This document shows, piece by piece, positions 27,663 to 35,952 of a DNA stretch of 64,000 nucleotides (within the stretch, counting starts at the first letter, position 1; each line of letters starts with the position of its first letter). The notes under the pieces are model-generated. The model did not search any database, was not told the DNA's origin, and saw nothing but the letters and a program-made list of their open reading frames with translations. The stretch lies in the IMG/VR virus record IMGVR_UViG_3300035698_035366, positions 232,120 to 296,119 of that record; one strand, written 5' to 3'. The position numbers and the translations under genes were made by a program.

Positions 27663-28526
27663 ATGACAGGATACACAACAAGAATTGCACCAAGCCCAAC
27701 GGGTGATATGCACCTGGGGACCGCTCGCACGGCTTATTTCAATTGGCTGATGGCTCGAGCATCAGGTGGTAAATTCATTCTTCGTATTGATGATACTGAT
27801 CTCGCAAGGAACGATCAGAAACATATTGATATTATTCTAGAGACAATGGAGTGGCTTGGGTTAACTTATGATGAGCTAGAATATCAGAGCAAACGTATCG
27901 ATGTGTATTATCGAGCAACAAATGATCTTGTCAAAAAGGGATTTACGACTACATTAGAGAATGGTGCAATTGCTGTTAATCTATCTTCTGTGATTGATTT
28001 CCCAACCACATGGCGCGATGAGATTTCAGGTGATATTAATATCACATCAACCAACCACGATCAAACAGATGGTATGATTCTTATTAAAGGAAATGGATAT
28101 CCGGGTTACAATTGGGCTTCGGTGGTTGATGATGTTGATCTTGGTGTAGATTATATTATTCGAGGCCATGATCATATCACAAACACTTCAAGCCAAGCAA
28201 TTCTTTATAAGTTACTAGATAAGCCATTGCCCAAATTTGCGCATGTTGGTTTAATTCACGCCAATAAAAAGAAAATGTCCAAGCGTGATGGTGCTGCGAG
28301 TATGATGCAGTATAAAGCCGATGGGTATGATCCAGACGCATTGTTGAATTTTATGCTTCGTCTTGGATGGGGGCCAACTATCGACGATAAAACGACTAAG
28401 ACTATTGACAAGGATCGTGCATTAGAGTTGTTTATTAATGGTGGACGAATGCGATCCGCCCCATCAAATTTAGATACAGCAATGCTAAATTCATATGATA
28501 GAAAATATAAGGCTAGAAAGAAATAA
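27663..28526 (+). CDS. Minimal glutamyl-tRNA synthetase-like protein (catalytic domain only; GluQ-RS-like)
   Basis: RIAPSPTGDMHLGTARTA, LRIDDTD, IRGHDH, KMSKR; 287 aa, no Zn-cysteine cluster, no anticodon-binding domain. Confidence 0.88.
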   Translation: MTGYTTRIAPSPTGDMHLGTARTAYFNWLMARASGGKFILRIDDTDLARNDQKHIDIILETMEWLGLTYDELEYQSKRIDVYYRATNDLVKKGFTTTLENGAIAVNLSSVIDFPTTWRDEISGDINITSTNHDQTDGMILIKGNGYPGYNWASVVDDVDLGVDYIIRGHDHITNTSSQAILYKLLDKPLPKFAHVGLIHANKKKMSKRDGAASMMQYKADGYDPDALLNFMLRLGWGPTIDDKTTKTIDKDRALELFINGGRMRSAPSNLDTAMLNSYDRKYKARKK

Positions 28527-28541
28527 TCTAGCCTTAGATCG

Positions 28542-28612
28542 ATGAGCCGAAGGTTTAGGGTTATCATTTTGACTTCTAATCAAACCAACACCCTTTTCCA
28601 CTCCTTGCTCAT
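28542..28612 (+). ncRNA. Minimal Y RNA-like RNA carrying an Arg(TCT) anticodon stem-loop
   Basis: atgagcCGAAGG/CCTTgctcat stem; gggttatcat shared with 23841; tttga-ctTCTaa-tcaaa. Confidence 0.7.
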
Positions 28613-28950
28613 TCTTAATAGGAAAAATAAATGAACATCGACGATATGATAAAACTAATTCGGCCAATACATAACGATATTTGTATTCTTTATGATACTA
28701 ATTTGGTTCGAGTTGTTGGTGTGGCTGAAGATGAAAGGGATTTGTATTATATTGTTCGAGATTTGGAACATCGAGATCATCCAGAACACTGGGCATCTGC
28801 GGTTGGGCATATTGTCAGCCTGAATGGGATTTACCCTGAAGAGCGATATAAACATATGGATGATGTATTTCGGATGAATGGTGCAGAAAGAAGTGAAGAA
28901 TTTATTGTTATCGTAGAAGAATAAGAGTTGTTCTTCTGACTAAATACGAT

Positions 28951-29361
28951 ATGTCATACAAAATTAGATACATACCGAATCTCATCGCGGCTCTTATAAC
29001 CAACACCATCGAGCCACCACCAGATAGAATGGTTGAGATACAAGAATGGTATGATCATATCAAAAAAAGCATATTAGAAGAAGGTTTCCGCAATCCCGTT
29101 GTCTTAACAGCAAAAGACGGTAAACTGGAACCACGTTATGGTGGTACAAGGGTTAAAATTGCACAAGAACACGGAATGAAAATACCAGCTATTATTGCAG
29201 ATTTTGATGATCAATTTCCCGAAGCTGAAACATTGGAAACATGGGAAGTTCCAGATAAATTCCTAGACAAACCAAAGAAAATACTCTTTAAGACCTATGG
29301 AATCAATGCTTCGGGCTTACCTGATACCGTAGAAGAATTCAATAAAAAACTTGACAAATAG
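28951..29361 (+). CDS. ParB/Srx-like domain protein
   Basis: SILEEGFRNPVVL...GGTRVKIA. Confidence 0.7.
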   Translation: MSYKIRYIPNLIAALITNTIEPPPDRMVEIQEWYDHIKKSILEEGFRNPVVLTAKDGKLEPRYGGTRVKIAQEHGMKIPAIIADFDDQFPEAETLETWEVPDKFLDKPKKILFKTYGINASGLPDTVEEFNKKLDK

Positions 29362-29409
29362 ATAAAACACTATACAATAGTTATTGTAATTATATAGAAA
29401 GATCGTATC

Positions 29410-30519
29410 ATGCGTATTGGAGAAATCGTAACGGTAGTTGTTTTTGTGTTTTTCATGTGTATCTCATATGGAGCAAACGCAACTGTAATCGGACAGAGCG
29501 AAGGCTTGTCTTTTATCAAAGCCGCCAATAACGCTCGCAGCGGGACGACAATGGATTTCCGCCAGCTTCAGAATTTTTTTAGCCCGACACAGGGAAACGA
29601 TAACCAGATTTTGAGCCGCACCGAAGCTCTTCTGGCGGAACTTGATGACGATGACAGCATCAAGCGGATATCGGTGATCGCAACCTTAATGCTTGAATCA
29701 GGAAAGGTTTATGAAGCCAACATTACAAACGGCTATCAGCTTTCCGTTGATAGCACGGGTTGGGATTTTGGTCCCAACGGTTCGCCTGTTCATAAGGATT
29801 TCCGTAAAGTAACTGAACATGATGTGGTATCTAGCGGATACGCTGTAAGCGATAACGATCTCGTTGACGGTCTTTCTGGAGTTCGAAATTTCTCAGATCG
29901 CGCAATCAACGGTGTTTATACTGTAACAGTCGTGTTTACTGGTCGGGATACGAAATTCGATACATTTGAAATTAATGGGTCTAACGTGATCGTTCGAAAC
30001 GTTAGTGAGATATCTAACCGTTTGGATATGACGAAACCAGGAGATGAGAAACTGCACAAGTCAATTGCAATTCGAACTTGGACAGTTGTAACTGAAAATC
30101 AGCTTAATGTTGCTTTCCCGAAGTTTCCTGAAAATTCCGTATTGTCGGCAATCATTATTACTCCAGTCAACATGCTACAGGTAATTGACCGTCGAGTTGA
30201 GGATTTGATCGACTCTCGCAAGCCGTTCGTGTACAATGCTGGTGGGTTTGGATCACGTAATGGATTTGATTATGGCATATCCCGATATTTTGCATACTCT
30301 AAGGATGGGTTCATCTCTACCCGAGGCCATGGTGGTTGCTGTAGTATCCCAGGCGATGATGGGCCATACGACGTACCGGTGTTTGTTCCTGGCGGAGACG
30401 GTGACCCAACCGATGTTCCAGGTATTACCATTCCAGGTACCGTTCCGGAACCCGGTGCGCTTGCACTATTCGGAATCGGCATTATTGGATTATTAATTAC
30501 TCGTCGTAGGAAAAAATAA
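29410..30519 (+). CDS. Secreted PEP-CTERM protein
   Basis: N-terminal signal peptide; C-terminal VPEPGALALFGIGIIGLLITRRRKK. Confidence 0.9.
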   Translation: MRIGEIVTVVVFVFFMCISYGANATVIGQSEGLSFIKAANNARSGTTMDFRQLQNFFSPTQGNDNQILSRTEALLAELDDDDSIKRISVIATLMLESGKVYEANITNGYQLSVDSTGWDFGPNGSPVHKDFRKVTEHDVVSSGYAVSDNDLVDGLSGVRNFSDRAINGVYTVTVVFTGRDTKFDTFEINGSNVIVRNVSEISNRLDMTKPGDEKLHKSIAIRTWTVVTENQLNVAFPKFPENSVLSAIIITPVNMLQVIDRRVEDLIDSRKPFVYNAGGFGSRNGFDYGISRYFAYSKDGFISTRGHGGCCSIPGDDGPYDVPVFVPGGDGDPTDVPGITIPGTVPEPGALALFGIGIIGLLITRRRKK

Positions 30520-30794
30520 TGTTTTACCTTTATTATGAAATATTTATAGGGCTCAAATCCGAACCTGAATATTATGTTGATAGCCATGAAGGTCCTGGGC
30601 TGTTTACTTTTACTAGAAAACGTGGTTCACTCAATACTACACAAATGGCTCATCGTATATGGGAACAGAACAGTGAAGATGGCTCTGTGAGATATCTAAA
30701 AAATAAATTAACAGAAGATCTAATTGTTGATATTGAAGAATTTAAAATAGTAAAATTATCAGCGTCAGAAGTATCACACGATTCTTTCAGGTAA
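30519..30794 (+). CDS. Hypothetical protein (paralog of 30801)
   Basis: Shared RIW.Q..DGS...LKN...VDIEEFKI.KLSASE. Confidence 0.7.
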   Translation: MFYLYYEIFIGLKSEPEYYVDSHEGPGLFTFTRKRGSLNTTQMAHRIWEQNSEDGSVRYLKNKLTEDLIVDIEEFKIVKLSASEVSHDSFR

Positions 30795-30800
30795 AAATAA

Positions 30801-31058
30801 ATGATAACATTATATTTTGAGATGCCAACAACTTGGGGTAGAGATCATATTGATTTCCTATATTACTATAAGGAAACTTCTAAATATTTAATTGAACCAT
30901 TACATTCTGTCCCGTTGGGTTATTCATATAAATCAACCCGTATATGGTTACAAAAAGAAGATGGTTCAATAATGTTTCTAAAGAATAGACATTCCGGACA
31001 CCAAACGGTTGATATTGAAGAATTTAAGATAATAAAATTATCAGCATCAGAAATTTAA
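30801..31058 (+). CDS. Hypothetical protein (paralog of 30519)
   Basis: Shared C-terminal motif. Confidence 0.7.
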   Translation: MITLYFEMPTTWGRDHIDFLYYYKETSKYLIEPLHSVPLGYSYKSTRIWLQKEDGSIMFLKNRHSGHQTVDIEEFKIIKLSASEI

Positions 31059-31127
31059 TTTATTACTTGACATTATCTAACAACTCTGTTAGTATAAATA
31101 ATACAAACAAACAAGGAGATTATTATC

Positions 31128-31157
31128 ATGTTTAAGAGACTCAAACACAAACGATAA
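31128..31157 (+). CDS. Lys/Arg-rich leader peptide MFKRLKHKR upstream of the tRNA-Lys cluster
   Basis: TTGACA and TATAAATA promoters, strong RBS aaggag; stop codon lies in a switchable hairpin. Confidence 0.65.
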   Translation: MFKRLKHKR

Positions 31158-31204
31158 TAACTCTAGGCCCGCGATCCTAGAGTTGTTGTTGAATAGCAAT
31201 TTTA

Positions 31205-31290
31205 GGATCATGCAGCATAATCGGCAGGCTGGGCCGCCAAGGGACTTTTAACCCCTCGCTTAAAAGGTTCGATTCCTTCTTGATCCTCCA
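31205..31290 (+). tRNA. tRNA-Lys(TTT) with expanded D region
   Basis: aggga-ctTTTaa-cccct; ggatca/tgatcc; CCA. Confidence 0.68.
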
Positions 31291-31301
31291 GATTAAATTC
31301 T

Positions 31302-31384
31302 GGACGGGTGACCCGAGTGGCGATGGGCCTGGACTCTTAATCCAGTATTATACACCGTGGGTTCGAATCCCACCTCGTCCACCA
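31302..31384 (+). tRNA. tRNA-Lys(CTT) on a class-II-like body
   Basis: ctgga-ctCTTaa-tccag; long variable loop; CCA. Confidence 0.8.
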
Positions 31385-31394
31385 GATATGTTAT

Positions 31395-31517
31395 GGACCG
31401 GTAGCTCAGAGGCAGAGCAGCGGGCTTTGGTAGAAAGGGTTTCAAGCCCATTAGAGTGCAAATCTCAAATCTACAAACCTAATCCGCGTGTCGAGATTTC
31501 GAAATTCTCCCGGTCTA
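31395..31517 (+). tRNA. tRNA-Lys-like gene with a 51-nt insertion (intron?) in the anticodon loop
   Basis: Flanks nearly identical to tRNA-Lys 15419; loop 31425-31482 is 58 nt; removing 31429-31479 gives ctTTTaa. Confidence 0.7.
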
Positions 31518-31924
31518 CTAAATTTATATTGAATTCTGCTTAATTAAAAATCGTCGTTGTATCGTGGATCGAGTCTTCTGTTGATTTCATTCATTAAGCG
31601 ATGCTCTAATTCATTTGCATCATTTAGACCAAATCTTGGTTTATCAATGAAGTTCTGTTGTAATTTTTCGATTGCATCCGAATTTTTCTCAATCTGTCTT
31701 CGATCTGTACTCGCACTTGTAACCAACGATTCCGTTCTTAATGATTCAGATCGAACTGTTTCGTCGATCGAATGTAACAAAGAATAAACGGTTTGAAATG
31801 CCCAACCAGCGGCGCTTATTCCTGCAATAATGATTGCTATAGAAATCTTGTTTAATATTTTACCAATTTCAGGTTGACTTTATCAATAAACTTAGTTATA
31901 ATCTAGAAATTGGTGTATAGAAAT

Positions 31925-32001
31925 GCGCCCGTAGCTCAGCTGGATAGAGCAACAGATTTCTAATCTGTGGGTCGCAGGTTCAAATCCTGCCGGGCGCACC
32001 A
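31925..32001 (+). tRNA. tRNA-Arg(TCT)
   Basis: Canonical; acaga-ttTCTaa-tctgt; CCA. Confidence 0.95.
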
Positions 32002-32724
32002 AAAACTATATAAAAAATGAAAATAAAAGGTTGACATTATTTCATTTTCTGCTATATTAAATACAGTTGTTGACCGAAACGCTGGCGAACGCGGCAAAGT
32101 AGAAAGCAACTGTTAAGCAAACCTATAGAGAATGATTTAGTAAAAATATTGAGAAACTGGGCCCCGGGACAATGTTCCGGGGTTCAGCGTATCTGGGTCT
32201 TTAAAAAATATAAAAAATATAAAAAATCTAAAAATAATTGGTGATAAAGGTTGACACTGTACCATTTCCTGCTATAATACACGGACAAACAAAGACACAC
32301 TAACACGTTAAAGGTGTTTTAAAATTAAAGGATATGAAAATGGCTGATAATAGACTTACTAAGGATGAAACTGTTGCATTGAAACAAATGTTGTTGGTGG
32401 CTTGTAACAGTCTGGACTATTCACAAATTTCCCGTCTTGTTGGACGATTTAACAAGTTAACGGACGAAAGTGTTGCAAAGTTAATCGAGAAACACAATAA
32501 TTGAGGAGTGAAATCTAACGCGGGAGAACAACTCCGTAAGTCGTGAGTAACTGCCAGTTGACGCTCACACGTTGTAGATGCTCCTGGCCTTTTTATTATG
32601 GTGCAAACGGCCCGCGATGTTGTCCACCCTAAAGGACCCGGGTACGAGTTGAATGGTGTATACACGGTAAGTCCTAGTGCCCCAGCCAGCGTTTTAAAGA
32701 GATGACCAATTTATACAGAATTAT

Positions 32725-32812
32725 GCCAGTGAAGCTGTAGGTCAGCGGCCGGGTAAGACCCGGTGACAAACAAACCCTGATCAGGTATGGGTTCAATTCC
32801 CAAGCTGGCACC
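32725..32812 (+). ncRNA. tRNA-like RNA without a canonical anticodon loop
   Basis: gccagt/gctggc acceptor; ccgggt-aag-acccgg arm; tgggttcaattccca T arm. Confidence 0.5.
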
Positions 32813-32819
32813 TAATTAT

Positions 32820-32900
32820 GTCCTGTCAACGTGAGATGCGTTGCTCCGGAGGTGATATCACCGGAGTAGGAGTGCGGTGCAATACCGACGCAGGACTCCA
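32820..32900 (+). ncRNA. tRNA-like RNA without a canonical anticodon loop
   Basis: gtcctgt/gcaggac-tCCA; ctccgg..ggtgatatcacc..ggag arm; cggtgcaataccg T arm. Confidence 0.5.
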
Positions 32901-33610
32901 AAATTTGCGGCTGTGAAAACCGGTAAGTAGCAGTTGCGAGATCATCGTGTCGTGTTATCCTCCTTCCTTTAACGGTAGGTTCGGTGGTTCGACTCCAAAT
33001 AGACACGGTGTGTAATAGAAAGAGCGTGGTGGCGAGGCTTTGAATAGCACGGGATAACACAACTTTTTAAGAATTATGGACTGAAGGTGGACGTATGCCC
33101 TGGGATTGAGTTATCATCAATTAAATCGACGCGTAGGTTTGTTGTTAGTTAGCCAATCAAAATCGGACAGAACCTGGCTTAACAGCCGAAAGGACTTAGG
33201 GGCATATTTTAGAGGCATCGGCGGGCGACTATCTTAAACGTGATAGCAAGTGCTGATCGAGCCCATCGCGCTCGATGGGGCCGGAAGCTAAAAGAGTCGG
33301 CAAAATGGAGCCAAGCTGTGGGAGTTAAATCTCACAGCCCAGATTCGTCCGAATGGACATGTTTTAACAAGGAGAGAAGAAATGGGAAAGAAAACGCTTA
33401 AAGATAAAGTTGTCGACGTAAACGACCCAGCGTATCTAAAAGAGCTCCTTCAAAAGGCTCTTCCGTTCCTCGAAAGTTATGATCTAATGGGAACTGGTGG
33501 TCTTGTTGATCGCTCTGAATATGGCGAAATGAATATGTTGGAGAAGGAAATTGCCGAGGCTATCGGTGAAAACTCCAACGATTATGGTTTTCATAACTCG
33601 AGTGGTTAAA

Positions 33611-33841
33611 ATGGCTAAAATGGTTGCAGTAAAATGTGAAAATTGCCCTACGGTATTTGAAGCGCGAGTTGCTGATCGCAAGCGCGGCTGGGGTAAATTT
33701 TGTTCTAAATCATGTAAAGCAAAAAAACAAGAAAAGCGCACTGGTCAATATAAAAGGTTTATGGACCGTCAAGATTCAATGGATGAGCAGTATGAACCGC
33801 ACCCGTTTAGTTCCGAAGCTTTAGGACAATGGGATGATTAG
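33611..33841 (+). CDS. Small Zn-finger protein
   Basis: CENC...RKRGWGKFCSKSCK. Confidence 0.7.
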   Translation: MAKMVAVKCENCPTVFEARVADRKRGWGKFCSKSCKAKKQEKRTGQYKRFMDRQDSMDEQYEPHPFSSEALGQWDD

Positions 33842-34402
33842 CAAAGGTTGACATCTCCTTGGTTGGTGTTATAATAAGGTATAACGCAACAAGGGGATTT
33901 GATATGCAGGACTTAGTCACAGAGTTATATGAATCGGACAAAACGTCAGAACTTACGAACCGCGCCGCTCGAGAAATTGAACGCCTGCGTGTAGAAAATG
34001 AACGTCTGCGTGTAGAAAATGAACGCCTGGAGTTTGAATCAAATATTGTTACCTTTGGTTTCTAAGCAAAGGTTGACAGCTTAACAAATTATGTTATAAT
34101 AAATGTACAAGTAAGCAATAACGCTTAACAAACACAAGGGAAAAGATCGATGGATTACGAAACGTGGAAAGAATTGAGCATTGAACAACGGCTTGAAGCC
34201 GATGCAAAAGCAGCGAGCACGCGCGAAGAGCCCAGTTTCCCTTCAGCTGAAGAATGGGAATTGCTTGAGTTCAAACAGAAGAGTATTATGGAGTTCGTTT
34301 CCGCGCAAAAAATTTAAAAAGTTGACAAGAAAAGGTTGACAGCTTAACAAATTATGTTATAATATAGGAACAGTTAAGCAATAACACTTAGATAGAGGAG
34401 AA

Positions 34403-34624
34403 ATGGATATGGCTATTAGAACCGCAAAGAAGGAAGGTTACTAGCGTGGTCATTGGTGGGTCCGCTTGTTTGAGGATGGTAAACCGGTTGACTACATAGG
34501 ATTCCCAGTAAAGGGATTTGACGGTAGTGATTTTGACACTGAATATCGCAAGGCCCGAAGGTCCCGAGATTCTTGGATTAAAAAATGGTTAAAGCATGAA
34601 ATAGATCTTGACGATTCCATATAA
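34403..34624 (+). pseudogene. Early small gene interrupted by an in-frame TAG (34442-34444)
   Basis: Promoter + gaggag RBS; MDMAIRTAKKEGY*RGHWWVRLFEDGKPVD... open to TAA 34624. Confidence 0.55.
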
Positions 34625-34666
34625 TATGCTATAATATAGGAACAGTTAGGGAATACAGTTTAGTGA

Positions 34667-34938
34667 AACTTGGGGTATTATGCCCCGCCCTAACGGAGTG
34701 CTAGAGCAAAGATCGTTAGCTCGCCCCGTTAGGTTTTTATTAGCCCGAATGGGCAAAGGTTAAGGTCGGTGGATTAGACTCCCGCCGCTAAGTTGAGGGG
34801 AAGATGAGACCCTTAAACCGTAGAAACAACGGCAGGAGCGCAACTTAACTCCGTAAGCCCGATGAACTTGGGGCTTGTTCCCCGCCCTAGTGGAGTGCTT
34901 GAGCAAAGATCGTAAGCTCGCCCCACTAGGTTTTTATT
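34667..34938 (+). repeat. Two copies of a ~75-nt structured RNA element (34667-34741, 34865-34938)
   Basis: aacttgggg..ccccgcc-ctaacgg/ctagtgg-agtgct.gagcaaagatcgt.agctcgcc-ccgttag/ccactag-gtttttatt, with compensatory changes. Confidence 0.85.
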
Positions 34939-35082
34939 TACCCGTGATAACCAGCGGGCCATGGTTGGATAGTGCCGGGGCAGGCAAAAAAGCGATTTCG
35001 ATATCGTAGCTGTAATGGTTAGCAGTTCAGGTTGGATAATAGTTGTGCCATAAAACGGTTCGAATCCGTCGAATTTTAAGAG

Positions 35083-35211
35083 TTTGTAGTAGCATAATAA
35101 TCCTGGGTCGCACTTGGGATAATGCCCCGGCGTTAAACCGGAAGATGAGTGTAGAAATGTTGGGTCGACACGACAAAGTAAGCTGGGTTAAATTACCATC
35201 CTACAAAGCCA
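35083..35211 (+). ncRNA. tRNA scaffold with insertions in the D loop and variable/T region
   Basis: tttgtag/ctacaaa-gCCA; gcat/atgc D stem around atcctgggtcgcacttgggat; ccgg-cgttaaa-ccgg. Confidence 0.5.
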
Positions 35212-35583
35212 TTTTTGGAGTCCAAGATGAAATACTGGTACACAGATCTTTACAAAAAGAAAAATTGGTTAGAAACCGACGAGACCGATCCTCTGAAAAT
35301 TATTAAGCGTTACTATAATGCTGAATGCATAGTCCATGACGCAGATGTTTGCGGAGATGAAGAAATTTTCTTTATTTTTGACACCAATATTGCATATTGT
35401 TTATCATACAATTGGTGGATCGAATACGATCCAGAATGGGAAATATTCAATGAACATTATATCAAAGAAGTACCTTTATTAGCATTCAAATATCCAGAAA
35501 ATCGGGATTGGTTAGACCTAAAACGTTGACATGCAATTTGATTGTGTTATAATAATATTATAACGCAAACAAAGGAATATTTA

Positions 35584-35877
35584 ATGAGGATCTTTTCTTA
35601 TATATTCGCATCGGTCTTATTGATAGTATCGGTATTGGATATTGCTTCGACCAATACGGGACTTGCTGTCGGCGCTGTTGAAGTAAACCCAGTAATGAGT
35701 TTTTTCCAAGATGTATTCGGCGGCTATTGGTATATTCCGAAGATGGTGCTTATTGGTTGTGCAATTTACATTATGATCCTGCATCCAAGCACACCTGTTT
35801 TTGTTGCAATGAGTGTTGTAATATTATATACTTGCGTGATAGTATATGGAAATTTTAGTTTAGCTGGTGTAATATAA
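35584..35877 (+). CDS. Small membrane protein (DUF5658-like)
   Basis: LDIAST..GL..GAVEVNPVM motif; 3 TM segments. Confidence 0.7.
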   Translation: MRIFSYIFASVLLIVSVLDIASTNTGLAVGAVEVNPVMSFFQDVFGGYWYIPKMVLIGCAIYIMILHPSTPVFVAMSVVILYTCVIVYGNFSLAGVI

Positions 35878-35952
35878 GCCCTGTTAGTTCAACGGCAGAA
35901 CGGCGCCCTCATAAGGCGACAGTTGGGGGTTCGAATCCCTCACGGGGCACCA
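35878..35952 (+). tRNA. tRNA(CAT) Met or Ile2
   Basis: cgcc-ctCATaa-ggcg; A73-CCA. Confidence 0.88.

Noticed and set aside
32063-32112. Hammerhead or c-di-GMP riboswitch
   Set aside because: The CUGANGA core and the GEMM two-hairpin consensus are absent; only a GAA/AGUA loop-E-like motif is present.
33160-33190. RNase P RNA gene
   Set aside because: Only the 3' motif resembles RNase P; no GAGGAAAGUCC 5' motif was found, so it is not called as a feature.
33979-34030. 21-bp tandem repeat (ERLRVEN) in a small ORF
   Set aside because: Simple heptad duplication in a coiled coil; no wider significance evident.
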